Both the position numbers and the translations under genes were made by a program. A DNA stretch of 62,930 nucleotides, taken from Candidatus Micrarchaeota archaeon. Lineage in GTDB: Archaea; Micrarchaeota; Micrarchaeia; Anstonellales; Bilamarchaeaceae. The first letter of the stretch is position 1, and the number at the start of each line of letters is the position of its first letter. Positions 9,565-19,672 of this stretch are shown here, piece after piece. The notes under the pieces were generated by a model. The model had not been told where the DNA came from. It saw only the letters and a program-made list of their open reading frames with translations, and searched no databases. The DNA lies in NCBI GenBank assembly GCA_043827025.1, contig JBDRPL010000024.1:1-62930 (forward strand), in the 5' to 3' direction.

Positions 9565-10047
9565 ATGATGATTCCAGAAGGAGTAACTGTTGATATAAAC
9601 GGAAATACAATAACCGTAAAGGGCCCTAAAGGACACGTCGAAAGGACGTTCTCCAAGCTTGTTTCGATAACGAAGAATGAGAATGAAGTCGAAGTGGCGG
9701 CTAAGACAAAAATGCTCATTGGGACCTGGGACTCACACGTGAAGAACATGTTCATAGGAGTCACACTAGGATATTCGATCCAATTGAAAGTTATACATGC
9801 CCATTTCCCAATGTCAATAAAGGTAAATGGCAAGAAAATCTCAATAGAAAATTTCCTCGGGGAGAAGCAGCCAAGAAAGGCCAAGATAGCAGGAGATGCA
9901 AAGGTCGAAGTGAAAGGCCAGATAGTAACTCTCTCAGGAGCTAACAAAGAAGACGTAGGTAATACTTACACATCGTTAAAACAGGCAACTAAGATAAAAA
10001 TGAAAGACGGAAGAGTCTTCCAAGACGGTCTGTACAAGGTGCAATAA
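9565..10047 (+). CDS. rpl6: 50S ribosomal protein L6 (uL6)
   Basis: IPEGV; HAHFPM; NFLGEK; DGRVFQDGLY. Confidence 0.97.
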   Translation: MMIPEGVTVDINGNTITVKGPKGHVERTFSKLVSITKNENEVEVAAKTKMLIGTWDSHVKNMFIGVTLGYSIQLKVIHAHFPMSIKVNGKKISIENFLGEKQPRKAKIAGDAKVEVKGQIVTLSGANKEDVGNTYTSLKQATKIKMKDGRVFQDGLYKVQ

Positions 10048-10048
10048 T

Positions 10049-10432
10049 ATGGCTACTACCAATACTAAATCAAAACCAAAGGAAGCAGTGAAAAAATCCA
10101 AGCTGCATCGAAAGCGAAAACCAACCTTCGCGGTTATGAACCAGGGTACGCTCAAGAGAGTGAAGCACAGCTGGAGAAAGCCAAGAGGAATCGACAACAA
10201 AAAAAGAATAAGGTGTGCATTCGCAGGAAAAGGCCCAAGAGTAGGCTACGGAACCCCTGAAGCAATCAAAGGCATGCATCCATGTGGATTGCATGAAGTA
10301 CTTGTCAACAACCTCAATGAATTAGAGGCTGCAAAAGGCAAGGCAGCCAGAATCGCATCAAGCGTTGGCGGAAGGAAAAGGAAAGTGATGGAAGAAAAGG
10401 CAAAGACCCTTGGCATCCATCTCTTGAATTAG
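10049..10432 (+). CDS. rpl32e: 50S ribosomal protein L32e
   Basis: SWRKPRGIDNK; VGYG; HPCG. Confidence 0.95.
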   Translation: MATTNTKSKPKEAVKKSKLHRKRKPTFAVMNQGTLKRVKHSWRKPRGIDNKKRIRCAFAGKGPRVGYGTPEAIKGMHPCGLHEVLVNNLNELEAAKGKAARIASSVGGRKRKVMEEKAKTLGIHLLN

Positions 10433-10441
10433 GTGATATTA

Positions 10442-10873
10442 ATGTCTGTTGCAACTGTTAAAAGATTGGCTGCTGATATTCTTGACGTAGGTCAAAACCG
10501 CGTAAGAATGAATCCAGAGGAAATGCAGAGGATAAAGGAAGCACTCACAAGAGGAGATGTCGAAGCCCTGATAAAAGACAAGATAATAACTCTTTCAGAA
10601 CAACGAGGAAGGAAAAAACTCGTTAAGAAGAACAAGGGAAAGAGAACAAGAGGAAAGAGAAAAGGGATTTCAAGAAAAAACAGCAAGGAAGAATGGATGA
10701 AGAGGGTAAGGTCCCAAAGAAAATACCTAAAACAGCTTCTTGCGGAAAACAAAATAGATAAGGAACACAAACGTGCCATTTACATGAAGATAAAAAGCGG
10801 AGTTTTCAAGAGCAAGGGAACCATGCTGAACCATCTAAAGGAAAACAAAATATTCAAAGGTGAAACTCAATGA
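10442..10873 (+). CDS. rpl19e: 50S ribosomal protein L19e
   Basis: KRLAADIL.VG.NRV; WMKRVRSQRKYLK; SD GGTGA upstream. Confidence 0.95.
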   Translation: MSVATVKRLAADILDVGQNRVRMNPEEMQRIKEALTRGDVEALIKDKIITLSEQRGRKKLVKKNKGKRTRGKRKGISRKNSKEEWMKRVRSQRKYLKQLLAENKIDKEHKRAIYMKIKSGVFKSKGTMLNHLKENKIFKGETQ

Positions 10874-11355
10874 CAAAAGCAAAAAGTCCTGTTTACGTAG
10901 TAAAATTCAGAAGAAGGAGAAGTGGAAGAACCAATTACAGAAAAAGGCTCAACCTAGTTAAATCAGGCAAGACCAGAGCAGTTGTTAGAAGAAGCAACAG
11001 ATCCATCCTGATACAGTTCATAAACTTCGACCCAGTCGGAGATAAAACATTAGTGTCATTCAACTCCCTCTTGTTGAAAAAGCTTTTCAATTGGCCAGCA
11101 AAAAGGAACAAATATACTGCATACCTTGCAGGATTGTACGCAGGAAAACAAGCCAAAGCAAAAGGAGTTTCGGAATTCGTGCTTGATATGGGAATGCATG
11201 TGCCTTCAAAAGGCGCGATAGTTTTTGCGGCATTGAAAGGCCTTGTTGATTCAGGCCTAAAGACCAGTGTCGGGGAAGACATGCTCCCTTCGATGGAAGC
11301 CCCTGACGACATCAAAAAGTCGTTTGAAGAGGCGAAGAAGCAGATCTCAAAGTAA
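10870..11355 (+). CDS. rpl18: 50S ribosomal protein L18 (uL18)
   Basis: FRRRRSGRTNYRKRL; AYLAG; AALKGLVDSGL. Confidence 0.97.
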   Translation: MTKAKSPVYVVKFRRRRSGRTNYRKRLNLVKSGKTRAVVRRSNRSILIQFINFDPVGDKTLVSFNSLLLKKLFNWPAKRNKYTAYLAGLYAGKQAKAKGVSEFVLDMGMHVPSKGAIVFAALKGLVDSGLKTSVGEDMLPSMEAPDDIKKSFEEAKKQISK

Positions 11356-11374
11356 GAGTTAGGAGGTAATACTT

Positions 11375-12031
11375 ATGGCAAAAGGCGGAGGAAAAATAAA
11401 ACGCGAAAGGAGAAAGGAAAGGTCAGAGGTAGACATAGAAACCTGGGCACCTAAGACAAGCATAGGAAAAATGGTCAAGTCCGGCGAGATAAAGACGCTT
11501 GAACAAATCACAGATCTTGGAAAGCCAGTGCTGGAGCCAGAAATCGCAGATTTCCTTTTCACATCGCTTGAAAGCGAAACATTAGAAGTCAAGAGCACCC
11601 AAAGGGTAACTGACTCAGGTAAGAGAAACACTTTCAGGGCAGTAGTAGCCCTTGGAGACTCGCAAGGCCACGTAGGCCTTGGCGTAGGAAGGTCAGAGGA
11701 GCTGAAGCCTGCAATGGAATACGCAGTAAGGAATGCGAAAAAACATATGATTTCAATAGTAGGTGGATGCGGCAGCTGGGAATGCAAATGCAAATTTAAA
11801 CATTCTATTCCAAGAATGACAGAAGGAAAGGAAGGAAGCACGATAGTGTCTTTGAAGCCTGCACCAAGAGGACTTGGGCTTGCTGCCAATCACACTGTAA
11901 GGAAAGTGCTTTCGCTAGCAGGAGTTAAGGATATCTGGAGCTCTTCACAAGGAGGAAGCAACGTCTATAATGTCGCAGTGGCGACCATAAAGGCTCTTGA
12001 TAATCTGAACAAACTCAAACCATCGGATTAG
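11375..12031 (+). CDS. rps5: 30S ribosomal protein S5 (uS5)
   Basis: W.PKT..G; QRVTDSG; GCGSWEC; PAPRGLGL. Confidence 0.97.
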   Translation: MAKGGGKIKRERRKERSEVDIETWAPKTSIGKMVKSGEIKTLEQITDLGKPVLEPEIADFLFTSLESETLEVKSTQRVTDSGKRNTFRAVVALGDSQGHVGLGVGRSEELKPAMEYAVRNAKKHMISIVGGCGSWECKCKFKHSIPRMTEGKEGSTIVSLKPAPRGLGLAANHTVRKVLSLAGVKDIWSSSQGGSNVYNVAVATIKALDNLNKLKPSD

Positions 12032-12041
12032 GTGAATTAAA

Positions 12042-12455
12042 ATGGAAAAAATCGCAATCGTTCGTGTACGAGGAATTCGAAACATGAAACCAGACTTGAA
12101 AATGACATTGGAATTTTTGAGGCTCCACAAGCCAAACCATTGTGTGGTTATGGATCCAAGCCCTCAGACAATGGGCATGATCCTAAGGGTCAATGAATAC
12201 ATTGCATTTGGCCCCATCAGCAAAGAAACCGTCCAAAAGCTTATTGAAAAAAGAGGCGAGAAAGGAGAGGGTGAAGTGGATGTCAAGTTAGTCATGGCAG
12301 GTCTTTCCGGAGGAAAGAAAATGAAGGAACTTATTGATCCTGTTTTTAGGCTACACCCACCAAGAGGAGGCTATAAAAACATAAAGAAACCCTTCCCCGT
12401 AGGCGATCTGGGAAAAAGAACTGATATGGATGCACTTCTCAAGAGAATGATGTGA
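12042..12455 (+). CDS. rpl30: 50S ribosomal protein L30 (uL30)
   Basis: IVRVRG; FRLHPPRGG. Confidence 0.95.
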   Translation: MEKIAIVRVRGIRNMKPDLKMTLEFLRLHKPNHCVVMDPSPQTMGMILRVNEYIAFGPISKETVQKLIEKRGEKGEGEVDVKLVMAGLSGGKKMKELIDPVFRLHPPRGGYKNIKKPFPVGDLGKRTDMDALLKRMM

Positions 12456-12514
12456 TACTCATGGCATTGACCGACGCATAGGTCAATAATAAAAATTTGA
12501 CGAGGTAAATTTTT

Positions 12515-12946
12515 ATGGCAAAACGAAAAGAAAAACAAAAAAGAGGATACCTGGGCCACAGATCATTCGGAAACGGAAACTGTAAAAACAAGAGGGGCGC
12601 AGGATGCAGGGGAGGAAAAGGAAACGCAGGCCTCTCAAAGCACAGGTTCACCTGGATAACAGTAAATGATCCAGATTACTTCGGCAAGCACGGGTTCGTA
12701 AGGCCGGTTGGAAAGAAGATAGATGTGCTGAATCTTTTTGAACTCGAGCAGAGAGCAAGGCTCGGAAAGCTCGAAAAGAAGGACAATAAATTCCACTTTG
12801 AATTCAAGGGCAAGATACTCGGAAGCGGCAATATTACTGTTCCACTTGTCATTAAAGCAGTGTGCTGGAGCAAGAGTGCTGAGAAGAAAGTGAAGGACAA
12901 GGGCGGGGAACTTATCAGCTTTGGAAAGAAGGCTGTTGCCCAATAG
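12515..12946 (+). CDS. rpl15: 50S ribosomal protein L15 (uL15)
   Basis: RGAGCRGGKGNAG; YFGKHGF; KILGSG. Confidence 0.95.
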   Translation: MAKRKEKQKRGYLGHRSFGNGNCKNKRGAGCRGGKGNAGLSKHRFTWITVNDPDYFGKHGFVRPVGKKIDVLNLFELEQRARLGKLEKKDNKFHFEFKGKILGSGNITVPLVIKAVCWSKSAEKKVKDKGGELISFGKKAVAQ

Positions 12947-12953
12947 TGAGAAA

Positions 12954-13598
12954 GTGAAAAAACTTCATATTATTCTTTCAATTTTCGTTTTATTATTTTT
13001 TATACTACTTATTTTAGGAGTTTTTCAAAAGCCCAGCAGGACAATTGTCTCCAATTCTAACTACACAACAACTTATGCTGATTTGTGGCAATATTCAGAT
13101 GGCCTGGAATACAATTATACATCAAAGAATTCCACCACAGAGTTTAATGTAAAACTCACCAAGATCATGGATGACGACATTTGGAAGATAAAACAGAACA
13201 CTACGCCAAATGGAAAGTTGAATGAATCAATTGCATTTTCGATTTATAGGTCAGTAAAGAATCAGAGTTGCATCAAGGTCGCATTCTCAATAGGGGAAAC
13301 AGATTGCTCGGGGGTTGACATGATATATCCAAAGCCTGATCAGAAGCCTGTTTTTATTTCTGAAGCTAAGGAGATAAGAACTCTGGTTGGCAACTACAGC
13401 GCCAAAAGGTATGATTTTGATGCGATTGTTAAATCAATGGCAGATGAGTATTCAGTCAACAGGCTTGTGCTGTGGAAGACGGAGGAAGTGCCTGTGCCGC
13501 TAAAGATAGGGCTTGTACTTAATTACAAAGAAGAAACTGGACAGATGGTTGAAGATTGGCAGATAACCTATGTGGAATTGGTGGGTTGGGATAAATGA
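12954..13598 (+). CDS. membrane-anchored/secreted hypothetical protein
   Basis: N-terminal hydrophobic segment after probable GTG start; lies between rpl15 and secY. Confidence 0.65.
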   Translation: MKKLHIILSIFVLLFFILLILGVFQKPSRTIVSNSNYTTTYADLWQYSDGLEYNYTSKNSTTEFNVKLTKIMDDDIWKIKQNTTPNGKLNESIAFSIYRSVKNQSCIKVAFSIGETDCSGVDMIYPKPDQKPVFISEAKEIRTLVGNYSAKRYDFDAIVKSMADEYSVNRLVLWKTEEVPVPLKIGLVLNYKEETGQMVEDWQITYVELVGWDK

Positions 13599-13716
13599 GG
13601 GAATAAAAACAGGAATATTAGTGATCTTCTTCTTGTAACTCTTCTAAGATATAATCGCTTTGGAAACCCTTTTAAATATATTCATGAAAAATCAACTATC
13701 TAGTTGAAGTGATACA

Positions 13717-15180
13717 ATGGGATTAATAGATATTTTATCTTCGATAGCAAAATTTTTACCTGATGTAAAAGTGGCTGAAAAGCCGCCTTCTGGAAAAGAG
13801 AGGTTCATCTGGACAGGAATAGCATTGCTTTTGTTCTTTTTGATGTACCACATAACTGTTTTCGGTATATCTATAAGTGCCTCTGCAGGAACTGATTTCC
13901 TCCAGACAATTACTGCTTCCAGGCTTGGAAGCCTTATAACTACAGGTATCGGGCCTATTGTGCTTGCAAGCATTTTCCTGCAATTGTTCGTAGGTGCAGG
14001 AATAATCAAATTAAATATGCATGACAAGAAGGACAAGAAGAAGTTCCATGAAGCACAGAAAGTACTTGCAATCATACTTGCATTGGTAGAAGCAACAATT
14101 TATGCAACCACTGCGCTTTCAGGATACGTTGTCCCTGGATTACCACAACCCCTGACAACAATATTGATAGTTGTACAAATCGCACTTGGTTCAGTAATAA
14201 TGATTTATCTCGATGAGATAGTAACAAAATACGGAATAGGAAGCGGAATCAGCCTTTTCATCGCAGCAGGTGTTTCGCAGGCAATAATCGGAGGATTATT
14301 CGGATTGATATTCAATGAAAATACAGGTATGGTTGCAATACTCACTAGCGGTGGCGCAGAAAGCATTGCGCGGGCACTGTTGGTCCTGCTTCCGTTAATA
14401 GCAACAGTCATAGTGTTCATGGTCTGTGTGTTCGCAGAAGGAGTGAAGGTAGAGATACCCATAGCCTTTGAAAGAGTCAGGGGAATGGCACCAAAACTGC
14501 CTTTGAAATTCTTCTATGTTTCGAACATTCCAGTTATTTTTGCAGCTGCGCTCATACTCAACATCCAAATATTCGCAGGAGCAGCTTTGCCAAAGCATAT
14601 GGATGCTGATGGAAATGTAAACATCGCTGCAGTACAAGATGATTTCATTTCGAAATATATAGGTTTTGTAAACCCCGAAGGAAGGCTAAGTGATGGTTTC
14701 CTTTATTTTATAACTCCTGTCAATGCAGGCGGCACTGACGTGGTAAATTTCTGGCAAAATTATCTATTGGCAGCTGAAACACCCATCAATAAAATACCTG
14801 AATGGGTGCATGCCGTAACATATATCTTATTCCTTGCATTCATCTCTGTCCTATTTGGTATATTCTGGACTGAAACATCAAACATGGATGCAAAATCAGT
14901 TACAAACCAGTTGATGCAATCCGGAATACAGATTCCAGGGTTTAGAAGGGATCCAAGAATGATAGAACAGATACTTGGCAAATATATTTTCCCGTTGACA
15001 GTGCTTGGTTCATTTTCAGTAGGTTTGCTTGCAGGCCTTGCTGACCTTACAGGCGCATTGGGAACAGGTACAGGTATTTTGCTTACAGTAGGTATATTGT
15101 ACAGGATGTACGAGCAGATCGAGCAGATGAACATGTTCGAGATGTATCCTGGATTGGGAAACTTGATTGGAAAGGACTAA
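13717..15180 (+). CDS. secY: preprotein translocase subunit SecY
   Basis: GIGPIV; GIGSGISLFIAAGV; PLKFFYVSNIP; IPGFRRDP; GTGILLTV. Confidence 0.97.
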   Translation: MGLIDILSSIAKFLPDVKVAEKPPSGKERFIWTGIALLLFFLMYHITVFGISISASAGTDFLQTITASRLGSLITTGIGPIVLASIFLQLFVGAGIIKLNMHDKKDKKKFHEAQKVLAIILALVEATIYATTALSGYVVPGLPQPLTTILIVVQIALGSVIMIYLDEIVTKYGIGSGISLFIAAGVSQAIIGGLFGLIFNENTGMVAILTSGGAESIARALLVLLPLIATVIVFMVCVFAEGVKVEIPIAFERVRGMAPKLPLKFFYVSNIPVIFAAALILNIQIFAGAALPKHMDADGNVNIAAVQDDFISKYIGFVNPEGRLSDGFLYFITPVNAGGTDVVNFWQNYLLAAETPINKIPEWVHAVTYILFLAFISVLFGIFWTETSNMDAKSVTNQLMQSGIQIPGFRRDPRMIEQILGKYIFPLTVLGSFSVGLLAGLADLTGALGTGTGILLTVGILYRMYEQIEQMNMFEMYPGLGNLIGKD

Positions 15181-15226
15181 TGCTTCCCGAAAGGAATAAA
15201 AACATTCCCTTACAATTACTAACACC

Positions 15227-16093
15227 ATGCAGATGGTTAAAAAATACCTTAGAACTCGCACTTTGAAGAAGCATATGCTTGAAGAAGTAAGGAAGGAAGT
15301 GGAACCTAGAGAATTCTTAAGAAGCAAAAAAGACCAGATAGGAGAATTGATGGGAGAACAGATTGGGGATAAAAGAATAGACAAACTTTGGATATGGCAA
15401 AGAATTCCTTTCTATGATTTGTATCATTATCTAAAGAGCAAAGCCGTTCAGTTCAAGGATCTTACAGTTACTGGAAGAGCAATTGGAAGCAATATCATAT
15501 ATGTTGCAACGCATAGAGCAATACGAGCAAAGATAGAAAAATACAAATTGTACGAACTCGAAATGGATTCTGAGCCTGTTAGAAAACAAATTGAAAAAAT
15601 GATAATGTTAGTAAGAAATGCAACAGTCCATGAATTCATACATCTTGTTTACAAAACTAGGTATGAACAAGAAGAAAAGAGATTACAGAGGAAATTTTTG
15701 GAGAGTGGTGTTGCTAGGGAGATCTTAAGTGGAAAGATTAGTGACGCTGCCTGGGCAAGATCATATGATGGAGTAGCTATGTTACCTAGGCAAGAGATGG
15801 TGACATTGTGTACAACAAGCCTGATACTAAATGAACCCGTTCTAGAAGGATGGTCAGGCAACGACCTTAGCGAATATCAACAGGTAAAAGAAAGGTTGCA
15901 AAGATTAAGAGGAAGAGATTTGAGGGATCTTGAAGTTTTTGAGGCAGTGCATGACTTCTTCACTGAGGATGCTCAACTAGTGGCAATCAGCTTTTTAGCA
16001 GAGGTTATGCCAAGATTAGGTCAACAAGTTATGGAAAGAATTCTTAATGACCCACCTTCGTTCAAAGCAATGATGTCTCCTGAAACCTATTGA
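15227..16093 (+). CDS. hypothetical protein with HExxH motif (possible zincin metalloprotease)
   Basis: VHEFIH with downstream Glu candidate (RQEMVT). Confidence 0.55.
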   Translation: MQMVKKYLRTRTLKKHMLEEVRKEVEPREFLRSKKDQIGELMGEQIGDKRIDKLWIWQRIPFYDLYHYLKSKAVQFKDLTVTGRAIGSNIIYVATHRAIRAKIEKYKLYELEMDSEPVRKQIEKMIMLVRNATVHEFIHLVYKTRYEQEEKRLQRKFLESGVAREILSGKISDAAWARSYDGVAMLPRQEMVTLCTTSLILNEPVLEGWSGNDLSEYQQVKERLQRLRGRDLRDLEVFEAVHDFFTEDAQLVAISFLAEVMPRLGQQVMERILNDPPSFKAMMSPETY

Positions 16094-16140
16094 ACAATAT
16101 TTTAAACCTAATGTTGCTAAACAGCTATTGGTGCATTTGA

Positions 16141-16686
16141 ATGATAATTATAATGGGATTGCCGGGGGCAGGAAAATCAACTGTTTTGGCTGGGATAAAG
16201 AAATTGCAGCCTGAATACAAATTCCAGAATTATGGAGATTTGATGTTCGAAATCGAGAAGGAAAAATACGGCATCCAGAACAGGGATGACATGAGAAAAC
16301 TTCCGATTGAAAAGCAAAAGGAAGTGCAGAAGCATGTCGCTGACAGATTGTCAAAGGAACATGGAAAATTTGTTCTCGATACTCACTGCTCAGTTAATAC
16401 GCCAAAAGGCTATTTCCCAGGATTGCCTCATTCGCTTCTAAGCAAGCTTAAGGTTGATGCACTTGTTTTGATAACAACTACAGCTGAGGACATAAACCAG
16501 AGAAGGAATGCAGATTCCACAAGAGTTAGGGATGAACAGTCGGTTGAATCAATTATGGAGCATGATTTGATTAACAGATCATTCTTAGCGGCTTATTCTG
16601 CACTTACTGGCGCTCCTGCGGTGATTGTTTATAATCGAAATGGAAAGCTGGAAGAGGCTGTAAAGAAATTGAATTCGATATTCTGA
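16141..16686 (+). CDS. adk: adenylate kinase (archaeal type)
   Basis: GLPGAGKST; RDDMRKL; LDTH; GYFPGLP. Confidence 0.95.
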   Translation: MIIIMGLPGAGKSTVLAGIKKLQPEYKFQNYGDLMFEIEKEKYGIQNRDDMRKLPIEKQKEVQKHVADRLSKEHGKFVLDTHCSVNTPKGYFPGLPHSLLSKLKVDALVLITTTAEDINQRRNADSTRVRDEQSVESIMEHDLINRSFLAAYSALTGAPAVIVYNRNGKLEEAVKKLNSIF

Positions 16687-16762
16687 CCAAAAACGCAGGG
16701 GGGAACCGAAGGCACTCCATCGCGTTTTGTCTTTTTAAACATTATTATTCATATCCTTTTCC

Positions 16763-18037
16763 ATGTTGGACATTCACTTATTCAGAACTAATCCTGACGT
16801 CGTACTTAATGGGCTGAAAAACAGGCAAATCGAGCATCCTGAGAAGGTCGTTAGCCAAATCCAAGAAAAGGACCAGATCTGGAAGGAAATGAAGGATGAG
16901 GAAGAACAGCTCAGGGCCGAAAGAAATGTATTGAGCCTCAAGATAAACGACATAAAAAAGAAAGGCGGGAATATAAGCGAATCCATAAAAAGGTCAGGAG
17001 AGGTGGCCACAAGGATAAAGGTGCTTGAGGAAGAAAGAAAATCCATAGAACAGGAAATCCACCTATTGCTTTTGCAGATTCCGAACATTCCTGACCAAAC
17101 AGTGCCTGTAGGTAAAAATGAAACCAATAATCCAGAGGTAAGAAAATGGGGCACACCAACAAAAACAAGCAAGGACGTACTTTCGCATGATGAGCTTGGA
17201 GAAAAGACAGGGTGGATAGATTTTGACAGGGGTGCCAAATTAGGCGGACATAGATTCACAATTATGAAAGGGCCAATGGCAAAACTTGAGCGCGCATTGA
17301 TAAATTTCATGCTCTCAGTCCAAACAAAAAAGGGATATTTAGAAGTAATGCCTCCGCATTTAGTTTTGTCAAATATAATGCAAGGAACTGGCCAATTGCC
17401 TAAATTCGCAGAAGAATTATACAAGACAAATGATGACCTTTGGCTCATTCCAACTGCAGAGGTCCCATTGACAAACATCTACGCAAACGAGATACTTAAC
17501 TCTAATCAATTTCCAATAAATATGTGTGCTTATACCCCGTGCTACAGAAGGGAAGCAGGAGCTTATGGAAAGGATATCAAAGGATTGATAAGACAGCACC
17601 AGTTCAATAAAGTAGAATTAGTAAAAATAACTCACCCGCAGATGAGCTTCGCTGATTTGGAGCATCTGGTCAAGGATGCTGAAGAAATATTAAAGCAATT
17701 GGAATTGCCTTACAGAGTTATCGAATTGTGCACCGGGGACATTGGATTCTCAGCAGCAAAAACATATGACATAGAAGTATGGGTGCCTTCGCAGGATAAA
17801 TACAGGGAAATATCCTCATGCTCAAATTGCACAGATTTCCAGGCAAGAAGGGCGAACATAAAATTCAGGGAAGATGGGAAGAACCGCTTTGCCCATACTT
17901 TGAATGGTTCAGGGCTTGCAGTCGGAAGATGTTTGATTGCAGTTGTGGAGAATTATCAGGAGAATGGAGTAATCAAAATACCAAAGGTGTTGCAGCCATT
18001 CATGGAATGTGATGAGATTAAAATTAAGGAAGGATAG
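16763..18037 (+). CDS. serS: seryl-tRNA synthetase (bacterial type)
   Basis: LIPTAE; RREAG; HQFNKVE; YDIEVW; EISSCSNC; HTLNGSGLAVGR. Confidence 0.97.
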   Translation: MLDIHLFRTNPDVVLNGLKNRQIEHPEKVVSQIQEKDQIWKEMKDEEEQLRAERNVLSLKINDIKKKGGNISESIKRSGEVATRIKVLEEERKSIEQEIHLLLLQIPNIPDQTVPVGKNETNNPEVRKWGTPTKTSKDVLSHDELGEKTGWIDFDRGAKLGGHRFTIMKGPMAKLERALINFMLSVQTKKGYLEVMPPHLVLSNIMQGTGQLPKFAEELYKTNDDLWLIPTAEVPLTNIYANEILNSNQFPINMCAYTPCYRREAGAYGKDIKGLIRQHQFNKVELVKITHPQMSFADLEHLVKDAEEILKQLELPYRVIELCTGDIGFSAAKTYDIEVWVPSQDKYREISSCSNCTDFQARRANIKFREDGKNRFAHTLNGSGLAVGRCLIAVVENYQENGVIKIPKVLQPFMECDEIKIKEG

Positions 18038-18039
18038 CT

Positions 18040-18954
18040 ATGACGGACGGAGATCGACTAGTTCAATTGGATATTCTGAAAGCACTTGCAATTATAGCAG
18101 TTATAATTTTACATACTCAAACTGTGAAATTACCATTCTCGGAGTTTTATCTGGATCAGGCAGTCCCTATTTTCCTTATAGTATTCGCACTTACTAGTAC
18201 GATTTCATTCAAAAAAAGAGGATATACAACATTAATGCAAATGTATAATGGAAAGGATTTCTTGGTAAGGCTCCAAAGAGTATTATTGCCCATATTGATA
18301 ATATACTTGATACCTATGTTACAATTGCCCTTCCAGAATGGGCCGGGATTTTATTTTATATTCTTAGTGATTGAATTTATCCTCTTATTTCCAATACTCT
18401 ATAAAATATATTGTTACAACCCCAAACTTTTCATAGCAATTGCATTTATCTTAAACCTTGGATTCGAGATAATTGCCCCGAACTTGCAGATGATAAATGA
18501 AAATCCCAAGATTTATGCCGAAATAATACTAAGATACCTGTTCATAATCTCATTGGGCATGTTTGTTGCGGAAGATAGGGACATTTTTTCAAAGAAAAAC
18601 AGATTTATCCTGCTGGGATTTGCAATAAGCGTTTTATACCTGGTGGCGTCATCATCCTCCTCTGGTTTTTTCAAAGATGCATGGAAAAGTCAGGACCTAT
18701 TTGCCGGATTCTATCCACTTATGATAGTATTGCTTTCAATAAGATATCTGCCTAAAGACCTTTCCAGGATTTATTCAAAAATCCTCTCAATGATTGGAAA
18801 GGCTTCATACCACATATATATCATGCAAATTCTGTTTTTTTCCCTTGGAGTGGGAAAGGACATCTTGTATAACCTTGCATACTGCATATTTGCAGGACTG
18901 GTTTTCAATGCACATAAAGACAAGATAGAAGTATTTGAAGATGATGTGGATTAA
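18040..18954 (+). CDS. acyltransferase family 3 (OafA-like) membrane protein
   Basis: RLVQLDILKALAIIAVIILH; AVPIF; IGKASYHIYIMQ. Confidence 0.85.
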   Translation: MTDGDRLVQLDILKALAIIAVIILHTQTVKLPFSEFYLDQAVPIFLIVFALTSTISFKKRGYTTLMQMYNGKDFLVRLQRVLLPILIIYLIPMLQLPFQNGPGFYFIFLVIEFILLFPILYKIYCYNPKLFIAIAFILNLGFEIIAPNLQMINENPKIYAEIILRYLFIISLGMFVAEDRDIFSKKNRFILLGFAISVLYLVASSSSSGFFKDAWKSQDLFAGFYPLMIVLLSIRYLPKDLSRIYSKILSMIGKASYHIYIMQILFFSLGVGKDILYNLAYCIFAGLVFNAHKDKIEVFEDDVD

Positions 18955-19598
18955 GGTTGGATTTGTCCATACTTCAACACACTCGAAATCATAATCATGT
19001 CTTGATTTCCAGGCACATGCAAAATCCGTCTTGAATATACGCTCCCAATGTCTTCAAAAAGCCACCATTCCTGCACAATTGAATTCCCATTAGAGCAGTC
19101 AGTAATATCAAAAAACTTCAGGCATGTGAAACTCCCTGCAAAAGTAGGAATCTGAACAAAACCTAAAAATTGGCCATGACCAGCACAATCTATTGAATCA
19201 TATGTTCCCTTCCAATCCCAAGAATTAGATCCAAAATCAATGAAGGTTTTCGGAGGATTAAAAAAATAAGAATTATTGCCAACCACATCTTTTAAGAAAA
19301 TGACGCGGCTCCCCTTAATAGTGACATATGTATGACGATCCATAACTTTCATGATATAATAGTTCGTCCCGTTGATATTCTCGACACCAGTTATCGTAGT
19401 AGTGTACTCCCCAGATGTAGGAGTTCCGCTGAAGTCAACAGAAATGTCAATTTCATTGTGTTCTCCGTAACCAGCATTAAAATAATATGTCCAGTAATTG
19501 CCAACATCCAATTGAAAATACTTCTGGGGAAGATTTTCAGAAAACAGGAAAAGTAGCACAAAAACCGAGGAAAAAAGCAAAAGTCTGTTTAAATTCAT
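18951..19598 (-). CDS. secreted hypothetical protein (paralog A)
   Basis: Signal-like N-terminus; YFQLDVGNYWTY; TFAGSF; W..EDIG. Confidence 0.75.
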   Translation of the reverse strand: MNLNRLLLFSSVFVLLFLFSENLPQKYFQLDVGNYWTYYFNAGYGEHNEIDISVDFSGTPTSGEYTTTITGVENINGTNYYIMKVMDRHTYVTIKGSRVIFLKDVVGNNSYFFNPPKTFIDFGSNSWDWKGTYDSIDCAGHGQFLGFVQIPTFAGSFTCLKFFDITDCSNGNSIVQEWWLFEDIGSVYSRRILHVPGNQDMIMISSVLKYGQIQP

Positions 19599-19672
19599 TA
19601 GTTCATAATATATAAGAAGATATAAAACTATTTGTCAGGGATTGTTAATTGACAAAATAAATGAAGATCAAG

